DNA of 62,570 nt, the filler included. It is 14 parts of 14 records of this genome, joined end to end, with 100 filler letters (N's around TTAATTAATTAA, not from the genome) between each part and the next. Parts side by side here need not be neighbours in the genome. Positions count along the whole stretch, not along the records: positions 1 to 4,009 come from SRR9188676_2534; positions 4,110 to 6,747 come from SRR9188676_2538; positions 6,848 to 8,918 come from SRR9188676_2544; 11 more parts are not named here. One strand, given 5' to 3'. The notes beneath the pieces are model-generated. The model was given only the letters and a program-made list of their open reading frames with translations, searched no databases and had not been told where the DNA came from. A program made the position numbers and the translations under genes. Within the stretch, counting starts at the first letter, position 1. Every line of letters starts with the position of its first letter. Shown here in pieces: positions 1-9,018 of the stretch.

Positions 1-100
1 GTAGGGGAGAATGGGATATAATCCTCGTATCTTTCATGTTTCATTACAACCACACGATTTTCAAGTTTATTCGCCGAAAACGAGGACAAAGGCTGGAATG

Positions 101-3100
101 TTACGCGGAAGGTGGTTCAGTGAGTAGTACTCCATCCTTTTCTCGAGAAGTTGATAATCGTGAACTTGATCCTTGTTGGGTCATTCGCTGTTTCTTGCTC
201 AACGCATCGAAACATTCGTTGCAGACTCGGACAGTTTTCTTTCGTTTTATACGCGGTATATACCATCTCTTTTCTGAGCATCGGTTGCAAACGATGTTGC
301 CACAGTTTCGACAATGATGCTGCAGAGGGAGACAATAGGAAGTGGGTAATATCAGATCCATGAAAATAAGAAGACCGAATCTTGATGAAAAGAAACAGCG
401 ACGATTCAAGGAGTGCGACATGATCAGGTACGTGCAAAAGATTGCTCAGAGCGGTCGAGATATGATTGTAGTCAGAGCATGCTATTCTCTCGAGACGACA
501 CAACCTGTCTACTGATATGTTCAATATAGAGACAGCGTGGAAATGGAGAGAAACTCACCCGCCGTCTGATCAGAGTGAACGGGGTGTGGCAGTTGGAGCA
601 CTTTCCTGCACTTGAATCTGGTGCCCACACAGGTGCAGTTTCCACATCTGCAAAACCACGATGAGAAAAAGATCAATAGAGTCTGGGCGGAGCGCCTGGT
701 GAAATTTCAGCTCGTCCAGTCTATTTTTGTATATTTCTCTCAATCTGAGGTCGAATGGTTGGGTTGCTAAAAGCTCAGCTGAACTATGATATCAGAGAGG
801 TTCACCCGGAGCTATGGGATGGCCAAGGGTGAAAATACGAGAAAAGTTCGACTTCTCATCCGACGTGTCGCGGACGTGACTTGCCCAAAAATCTCTGAAC
901 TTCCTGGATTGAATCCAAGTCAATCACAGTCAAATCGGTCTCTTTTATAAATAAAATAGCTCAGAATGACCAGAATCATTCATGAACAAAATCAGCGATT
1001 GAGGTCTGACTAAAGTCTGAAGAATACGTGATCGACTTCAGCCCGAAAGTAACGCCCCAGTGATTTCAGAGAAATCGTCTGATTATAGAAGTGACCGGAT
1101 GAATTGTCGAATATCTCGAGGTTTCGTACAGATTCAAGAAGAATTTTGGGCTTGGATCTACAATATAAACATATGATTCTCAAATTTCGATGTTCTCTCC
1201 ATGATGCTCCTGATTTCGAATGGAATATAACAAAATGTTTCATTGAGCGGAAGTTCCGTCCTTGAGGAGGTATTTCCCACCATAACATTTGGGGGAGCAG
1301 AAAAACTTGAGTAGAGAGAATCGGCAAATTCTGTCACCAAGGGACCAAACATGCATCACACCATTCTCAAATATTCGTTCACTTCACAATGACTTAAGCC
1401 AATGATTTGAGCTGAGCGTGCGAATATTTCGTCACCATCCTGACTGCTGAGCGGAAGTGGATGAGGCTTCGAAGTCCGCAAAGTAGCCACAAAAGAAAGA
1501 TGGGGACATTTACAACTGAAAAATTGCATGGATATTCTCTCAAATCTAGCCACAAAGTGATGGCCCGTAGAATTTCAGCAATGATTGGAAATCATACAGC
1601 ACAAATGAAGAAGATAGAGTATGGATGAGATGCGATGACGACATTCCTTCTGACGTGGAGTCTCCTCAAGACATGGGGTAAAGAGCGAGGGCAATGTCAG
1701 GGGCCAGGGGGTCAATGCCCTGGACCTCAATCAGAACGACGGAATGTGACACTGGTATTAGCATCGCTAAATCATGATGTTGGAGGGCGTACGCGGCCTG
1801 CCGCTGTTGTGACGTTGGTGATACGCACTTAAGCTCTTAAGGAACGTTGATGTCACGGAGCAACCCAGTTCCGGCGTCAGACGCTCCCTAACAACGTCAC
1901 CGGTCCTTAAGAGCGTACAACAGGCCACGTACGCGCTCCAACACACTCATACTCCTTAGACTACTCTCGTCCATTCTAAAATTTCTTACAAGACATATCA
2001 TGTATCATTCTTCTGCCTTGTATCGTGTTACTTCCGACGATAGTCGCCCTGTCTGTAGAAAACGTAGACGGGACATTGGACAGCTCCAAGCCATTCCGAT
2101 ACGTTTTTCTTAGCGAATCGAAGGAGGATACAAGCTTCGATGGTTCGATCATGGGCGAGAAATGATCGCTGTCGCGAGCACGCGACATCGTCATGACCCG
2201 AACGGCTGTATTCATTATGAGGAGAAGTGGGATCGGCCGTATTCATTATAAGTGGGATCGGCTTATATTCTTTTCCTTGAACAACAATTTGAAATTTTGA
2301 GCTTTTCATCAAAGTTCTTGCGACTGTGATTTGGTTTACTTTGTTGTTGTGAAATCAAGCCGATCGCACTTATACTTGGATCCGAGGATGAGAAGGCCTC
2401 GACGGGCTATCGGGTCGACTGTGCAGATGGTGGAAAGGATATGCATGAAGAGAGATCAACAATCCATCCAACGAGTTTTGATTCTCCGTTTAGATGACAT
2501 TGAGATTTCATCCTGCCAAGGGTTGGCATACATAACGTTGACCTTTTGCGAGGGCACTAATCCCCGTTCGATAATTAATTATTTTTTTGACTCTATTTGT
2601 AATGGCGTGAATATACAACCTTCGACCGCTTCTTTCCGACTGGACTGAATCGCATGTCTTTTATGAAGCAATCTGAATATTAGGATTAATACTACGGACT
2701 ACGACGCTCAATACTAAGGCATCGAATAAATGAAAGACGAGGTCAAACGCGAGAATGTCATCATAAAAGTGGCGCGATACTTGTATCATCTGCTGTTCTT
2801 ACTCCTGTCCTACCAGAGAGGGGAGGATTGAAAGTATATATATCGCAAGAGGTCTATTTCAATCTGCGGCGGAAAAGGATCCGATCCCAAAGAAAAAATT
2901 CGAGATGTCCGTGGATGTTGTGAAATTTCGAAAATCTCGAGGGGTTTTTATTGAGAGGAACTTCAGGGGGGAAAAAAATCGCGGAATGAATTTTTTGAGT
3001 GGCTCTCTGACTGAGAAGCATACCTGGAGACTCTGTGCCTGGTTTTCGCGCATGTTCAATCGCAATAAATAGACTCTCCATCCACTGAGATTTCTCTTCA

Positions 3101-3164
3101 GGGGTCAACGCATATACCGTGAACGACTTCTTGGGAGTGCTGATCTGGAACGCATTCGATACGG
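101..3164 (-). CDS. PH + FYVE domain protein (Phafin/PLEKHF- or FGD-like), 3' part; exons 3164-3024, 647-559, 319-101
   Basis: GT-AG splicing with consistent phases gives the PH C-terminus NAFQISTPKKSFTVYALTPEEKSQWMESL. It continues into FYVE motifs APVWAPDSSAGKCSNCHTPFTLIRRR|HHCRNCGNIVCNRCS...VRVCNEC (WxxD, RRHHCR, RVC). Stop TAA at 101-103. Confidence 0.88.
1778..1943. mobile_element. Foldback/MITE-like element, family A (intronic copy)
   Basis: 23-bp terminal inverted repeats TGTTGGAGGGCGTACGCGGCCTG (1778-1800) and CAGGCCACGTACGCGCTCCAACA (1921-1943) with 2 mismatches. Inner IR GCTCTTAAGGA/TCCTTAAGAGC. Related copy at 56177-56402. Confidence 0.7.
2028..2660 (-). pseudogene. Decayed Ty1/copia-type integrase remnant inside the PH-FYVE intron
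   Basis: Minus-strand peptide HDRTIEACILLRFAKKNVSEWLGAVQCPVYVFYR fits the copia rve C-terminal pattern (NRTL...L..A.L....W.EAV..A.Y..NR). Upstream frameshifted pieces NFKLLFKEKNI, ITVART and RGLVP...VCQPLAG resemble the rve core and pre-integrase zinc region. Many stops and frameshifts. Confidence 0.5.
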
Positions 3165-4009
3165 CTGTCAACAATACATAACACAAAGAAAAGCACAAAG
3201 AGCTCAGTTATGGAGCCACGAACTTTCAATCAGGTGAGAATAACGCCGGAATGTAGAGAGAAGACAGAAAAAAATAAAAAATTGTGTGTAGGGGTGGAAA
3301 AATTGGACTCATTCCAATTACAAAACTTGAAAAGCCCTGCGTTGTTATTTTTGTCACCACCCTCCCCGAGTTGAGATTGGGAATTTACGTGCCTGCGGCC
3401 TTCCTTGGATGTGGTATCTCTCTCTTCTCCTTCTCTCTTCTATCTCTTTTCAGCTCATAGGTATGTAGGAGAGAGCGGTGTACAAAATGAGCTGGGGGCA
3501 CAGGCAGCGCAATGCCATCGCGCGAGCCATCATCCGCGATCCAAAGTCTTACTGTTCGGCGATGCCACCTCTGTACTGGACGTCTTTCAGGCTCCCGCCC
3601 CAGAATTCAACCCGAATTCTCCGTTGCATATTACAACCATGACAAGCCAAGATCTTGCCATCAGAGCAGAAACTGGATTTGTTTTTTTGTTTTTAAAAAA
3701 AAGAGCGAGTTACAAGCTCTACAGTACCTCAGATTCGTAGGACTCATTTTGTTTTTCGTGGGATGTCTTTCATTCTTTTCTTGACTACATTTCGCTCGTC
3801 TTGTCTGTTGAGAAGTTTCGTTCCACGGAATGGAACAAAATTTCGATGAACGAGAAAAAAAACTGCCCCCCTATATCATGAAACATAAAAAAAACCGGGC
3901 TGTCTCGAGCTGGTTTTATATCTCATAATTGAGCGATAAAATATTGATCTTGACTCTGAAGTAAATGGGATTCTACAGAGTGATGCAAAAGTTTTGGCAC
4001 CTTGCTCGA

Positions 4010-4109
4010 NNNNNNNNNNNNNNNNNNNNNNNNNNNNNNNNNNNNNNNNNNNNTTAATTAATTAANNNNNNNNNNNNNNNNNNNNNNNNNNNNNNNNNNN
4101 NNNNNNNNN
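4010..4109. other. Artificial contig-joining linker (first of 13; others at 6748-6847, 8919-9018, 13202-13301, 33683-33782, 35912-36011, 38693-38792, 41507-41606, 48427-48526, 50790-50889, 53034-53133, 55696-55795, 58838-58937)
   Basis: Each is exactly 44 N + TTAATTAATTAA + 44 N. The palindromic core gives stops in all six frames, and the sequences on either side are unrelated. Confidence 0.99.
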
Positions 4110-4287
4110 TCCTCCAACATACTGGTATATCTGAGTGTGAAAGAAAAAGAAGGTGACTTTCTGAGAATAAAAGTGTTAGAATGATATGTGTTGTGTGTAT
4201 AAATAAAAAAAGCTCGTACTTGCCAAAATCATTGGAGAATTTATTCCGGTAGGAAGGATGGCTCGTGTTTCGTCATTTGTGATCATT

Positions 4288-5709
4288 CTACGAGAACAAA
4301 GCCGCAATTGAACACTTACCATCAGGACATACTTCACCGTTAGTAGCCTCCGAGAGCTTTTCCACAAGCTGGTAGCCATCGAATGCAAATAAGTCCTCGA
4401 AACGCTGGTAGAAATTCCCTTCCTGCTCCCATATCTCACCTTCATTCCCCCCTCCACTATCACCCTCACCCACATTACTACGATTCTGGCCGTTTTCATT
4501 TCCATTTCCATCTATATTACCCCCACGGTTTTCATGCTCCTGACCTTCTCCATGGTTTTGGAGTTGATTGGGATTTTCACTGTCACTTGATCCGTTACAT
4601 GGTTTACAACTAATTTCTGGGTTGATATTTATAGTAATCCCCAGGCTAGGGCTGACTGGATTCGAGGTCGGGGTGTTTTGCCCGTTGGTTGAACGGCAAA
4701 GGTACATATCCGAAGCGGTTCTCAGTTGTGAGAGGGTGGGGGTAGAGGATAGGGGGGTGGTCGGCATAGGGGGGGTAGTTGTGGTAGAGGGGTAAGATGT
4801 GGTGGTGCAGAGCACAGGTGAGAGCTGAGATGTGCTTGTGTAATTGTTTTGACCATCATTGTCGTTAGTGGTTTTTTGATTAGGGGTCGGAGAATTGTTA
4901 TTGAAGATTTGTGATTGATGTGATGTCGTCCGGGAGGGTGTGGAAGGGGGGGTAATGGAAGGAGATAGTGCTGATGATGATGAGTTCAACCTGACCGGTT
5001 TGCAAATGTCAAGTACGATTTTGATTGTGCGGGGTACTTCGGATGTGACATGGTCAGGTTCGCCGTTGGGCTCGTAAGTAAATATGAGAGCCACGTGTTC
5101 AGCTGATGTGACATGCTGATGGGGACATGATGCGACATGTGCATTTGCATTAGACGTTGCGTTAGTATTTGTATTGTCATTTTCTTGACCCGTGACGTCT
5201 AGTTCTGTGGAATTCTGTCTCGAGGTTATCAAATCCTGAGTAATTTGTTTATGTAAACCTCTGGTTTCTGTGATAGGTCCTGACCCCGAGGGACGTAAAT
5301 TAGAACTCTGACGTGACGGGCTCGAAAACAGCGCATTTTGCTGCTGTTGCTGATGTGGATTTGTTGTGTGGCGTGACTGGTAACGCACGGGGGAGTAAGG
5401 GGGGGTATGGAAGTACGGAAATAAAGATGATGACGTGGAGGAGCTTGGGGAATATGGGGGGTTATTCAGGTTACTATTGTCGCAGCCACTCATGCCGGGG
5501 GTTGTGTTCTGAAGGGACGTGAACAGCATCCGTGGCGACCGTTCGAGGCAGAGGAATAACACGCGGACCAATGACACACATTCGGTGCGGATAAAGGTTA
5601 ACAGTCCTACAAATCCAAAAAAAAAACAAAAAACATATGAGTAAGAAAAAATAAATGGTGCGTGAGATTTCGTGGGTCTGTCAATTCGATGATGCGGAGA
5701 AATGTTCAT
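4288..5709 (-). CDS. Large Ser/Thr/Asn/Pro-rich low-complexity exon, possibly leading into a protein kinase domain (partial; true start probably an internal Met)
   Basis: 473-codon open frame ending in FAFDGYQLVEKLSEATNGE followed by the donor GTATGT. This resembles a degenerate kinase subdomain I, and the gene runs off the contig. Confidence 0.5.
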   Translation of the reverse strand: MNISPHHRIDRPTKSHAPFIFSYSYVFCFFFGFVGLLTFIRTECVSLVRVLFLCLERSPRMLFTSLQNTTPGMSGCDNSNLNNPPYSPSSSTSSSLFPYFHTPPYSPVRYQSRHTTNPHQQQQQNALFSSPSRQSSNLRPSGSGPITETRGLHKQITQDLITSRQNSTELDVTGQENDNTNTNATSNANAHVASCPHQHVTSAEHVALIFTYEPNGEPDHVTSEVPRTIKIVLDICKPVRLNSSSSALSPSITPPSTPSRTTSHQSQIFNNNSPTPNQKTTNDNDGQNNYTSTSQLSPVLCTTTSYPSTTTTPPMPTTPLSSTPTLSQLRTASDMYLCRSTNGQNTPTSNPVSPSLGITININPEISCKPCNGSSDSENPNQLQNHGEGQEHENRGGNIDGNGNENGQNRSNVGEGDSGGGNEGEIWEQEGNFYQRFEDLFAFDGYQLVEKLSEATNGEVCPDGKCSIAALFS

Positions 5710-6316
5710 CCCCTTACATCATTATCATCAGAATTCATTGTCTTCCACAATGATGAATAATGCAGGTGAGCAGCAGGCACCAAACAAAAATGAAATGCAC
5801 GTGAGCGACAAGTTCAGGAGTTCAAAATTACGAGCAGCGGCGGTTGAGGATCAAAAGTTCAAGTTCACAGCGAGATTGGGGGAAATACAAGCTCGGGGGA
5901 AAATAGAAAAATAAAGCAACCTTTGCAAAAAAAAATCCCGAAAGAATTTTTGTTTAGCAACCTCTGAATTTTGTTTTTTTCCAAGTTTGCACTTCCTCCA
6001 TTTCGTGATGGAATATGAGTTGCAAGTTCAATGGTTCACAGCCCTGTATGTAGATATGAATATGGTAGAATAGAATGGGATATAAGAAAAGGAAATTCTA
6101 CTCAAGTGACAATGAAAAGTGCTAGAGTATTGCGTGAGACAGCGAACCCTCGCAGGTAGCATCCTCATTTCGAGCACCCCTCTCATAAAGAGCCTGTTGA
6201 TCTCCCTATCAGCTTAGGCTAAAAAAGGTGCGGGTAGACGCAAAATGTCCAGATATTGATCCACCTCATCCATTTGTGGCTTTACACTACCTTTGTGCCA
6301 ATAAGCATGGATCGAT

Positions 6317-6545
6317 ATGAGTATGCACATTCGCTTCAGCACAATTAAGTGTGATATGTTGGGATGATTTACCTCGATGGTCCGGCAGGGGGTGCCTATC
6401 GAACTAGTGTTGAGAGTTGAGACTGGCTCATACCACCGTGCCCTTGAGTAGGATCAGTATGGTATAAGCATTCGCTTCAATACAATAAATTGAGTGTGAT
6501 GTGTTGGGATGGTTTACCTCGTAGGTCCGGCAGGGGGTGTTCTAC
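6317..6545. repeat. Imperfect ~85-bp direct repeat (two copies) containing a minus-strand splice donor
   Basis: CATTCGCTTCA...AGTGTGAT(A/G)TGTTGGGATG(A/G)TTTACCTCG...GGTCCGGCAGGGGGTG occurs at about 6328-6394 and again at about 6469-6539. Confidence 0.85.
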
Positions 6546-6867
6546 AGCGAGGGTCACAACGGCTTCCATGTCACTGGGTGGGGTGAGAAAAGGGGAGATA
6601 GGGTGAGAGGGGAAGTGTGAGTGCGGGAGAGAGTGAAAAGGGAAGAGTGATGGGGAAGAGAGGGAGATGGGAGGAGGAAAAGAGAAGGGGTGTATAAAGG
6701 GACGGGGAAATGAAGTGGAGAGAGAAAGAAAGAAAGAGAAAGAAAGANNNNNNNNNNNNNNNNNNNNNNNNNNNNNNNNNNNNNNNNNNNNTTAATTAAT
6801 TAANNNNNNNNNNNNNNNNNNNNNNNNNNNNNNNNNNNNNNNNNNNNTATCCAGAACAACATGAATG

Positions 6868-7693
6868 TCATTCTTCTCGACCCATATAATACCTCGGGCC
6901 AGGCTGGTAAAATCTTTCAGAGTTAACCAAAACAACTATGCATGCCAGTACGATGATATCGCAGAGGTGATAGAGGGAAGTGTGCGCGTACAATTGCCGA
7001 TAATGATGAAGGAGACGAAGAAGAGCACGGGCACAGGCCACCCCACAGCGCGCACGGTGTAGTAGAACAGGTAGTTCCAGTTGTCCCCCGTTAGAACCTG
7101 TAGCAACAGTGTCAAGGCCAAGCGGATTAGATGTCATGTCTTTTCATCGCATCCCGCCACGACTGGAAACCGAATTCTATGATTTCGCGAGTCATCTTTA
7201 CAGAGTAATCTAGTGGCTCAAAAAAGAAGCTATCGAATAAAATTGAGCGAAAGAAATCGGTTTTGACCTCGCTCTTTTCATCGTGTGCATCGAAAGAATG
7301 TACAATTTCCTTCTCATTCGCTGACCTCCCCCCAGTCCGTACCTGAACGACAGTGCAATGATGAAGACAGTGTCAAAATCATGAGTGTTCTGATCCCCCT
7401 CTGACAAAAGTTTCTATCTTCTCTCATTATTTATAATACACAGGGCGTTTTTTTCCCCCCCCAGATTTTGTGCCGCTGATCGTACCTGAAACACAGTGAT
7501 GAAGGCAGCGCCAAAGTCATCGAAGTTCGCCCTGGGGCTGGTGCCGTCCTCGAAGTCCAGCTTGGAGCCGAACGCACGCATGCCAACCAGCACATACAGG
7601 AACATGAAGATGGTCAGCAGCCCCATGAAGTTCAGCAAAGGAACAACAGAGCGCAGAATCGTGGAAATCAGCATCCGCACGCCTTGCCAATTC
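6868..7693 (-). CDS. Voltage-gated Ca2+/Na+ channel alpha-subunit fragment (S4-S5 linker, S5, P-loop, S6; domain-II-like); exons 7693-7486, 7097-6992, 6935-?
   Basis: Spliced peptide NWQGVRMLISTILRSVVPLLNFMGLLTIFMFLYVLVGMRAFGSKL...PRANFDDFGAAFITVFQ|VLTGDNWNYLFY...FFVSFIIIGN|FVLVN matches the Cav domain II pattern [21 protein letters not shown]...GNYILLN. Confidence 0.85.
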
Positions 7694-9018
7694 CTGTGGA
7701 CAGAGATGACAGATAAGCTTGAAACATGGTATCATTGAACTTCGCATTGTTTGTCCTGCATCGACAAACGCGACAGTGCGACGAAAAAGAATTCGAGTAG
7801 CCATGACAAGGAACAGTCCACCTTCTCGTACTGCAACTGGGACCAACCTTCTCTGAGATTTATCACCCTAATCCCAAAAGAAGACTTCAAGACCTGAGAA
7901 CATTGCAGTAAGAGAGAGTTGTCAGTAAACGGTCCCTAATGGAGTTTTTGTTTGTCATTTTTAGGACTGGGTGGGTCCCGAATATAAATGAAAAGAAACC
8001 TGAATGTAATCAACATGTTCTTACAGAGACTTCCCTATTGGGGGCCGCTTGTTTTCGGCTGCATGAGAGTGCATGAGTAAAAGTCTGATGAAAAAACCCA
8101 AGACGTGCCTCGGCCGAGAGCTGACGAATAAGATCGCTTCGATATGAAAGAAAAGCCCAGTCTCCCTTGAGATTCAAGGTTCGAGAAATCGAAGCCACAT
8201 GCAGATGGAGGCCACTACATCCGATGGCAAGCTTTCAACGAAAATGAAAAACAATCCTCGTGCATCCTCATGAATCAGTCATTTGCAAAATATCAATTAA
8301 TAAGATTTTGTGAATACAAAACTCTAGATTTGAGCCCAAAATGACAACAAAAAAAACATGGCGGAGCAAAATTATCTTTTCGTAGCTTGATTCTGTCTTG
8401 CAGCCTACTGATGTGTGTCACTTTTCATCGGGTGAACAGCAAAACAGATGAAGCTGGTCAATTACTCTACTGCGTAATATTATTTTTGTATCATTCTCTA
8501 CCAATCAGCTGCGATTCATGCTGGACGGAGCAATCGTCTGAGAATGGAAATGAGTTGTCACATGCACCAACAGCATGTTCGCGAAAAATTGAGAAGCATT
8601 TTCATCCATTCATCAAAATATAAGATTAAGACGAAATTATGAAATAGTTATTATTCTTTGGAGCACTCAATCTTTGAAGCCTGAAACATTTACCTTCATA
8701 CGCATCGAAACTCCGACGATCGCCTCGAAGTGGATTTCCGATTGCAGTTTTCAGGAAAAGTCGGAAGGAACATATCAAATGTACGTAGGGCAGACACTGG
8801 CCTCTTCGTGCGAGAGGCTTCTCCCTCCTCATCATTTCTTAAGGACAGTAATTCAGGAAGCCCCTGAAATGCTGAAAAAAACGTGCGAAAATTTCGATTG
8901 GGGGCCTTGCTGAACGCGNNNNNNNNNNNNNNNNNNNNNNNNNNNNNNNNNNNNNNNNNNNNTTAATTAATTAANNNNNNNNNNNNNNNNNNNNNNNNNN
9001 NNNNNNNNNNNNNNNNNN

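Noticed and set aside
1701..1726. GGCCA(G/A)GGGG...CCTGGACC motif, also at about 59188-59217 and similar to the family A terminus
   Set aside because: Too short and degenerate to distinguish from chance. It may be a MITE remnant but is unsupported.
4054..4065. Regularly recurring TTAATTAATTAA palindrome, and ORFs ending in X...LIN
   Set aside because: Artificial linker inside N-runs. It is not a biological repeat or CRISPR, and ORFs crossing it are artefacts.
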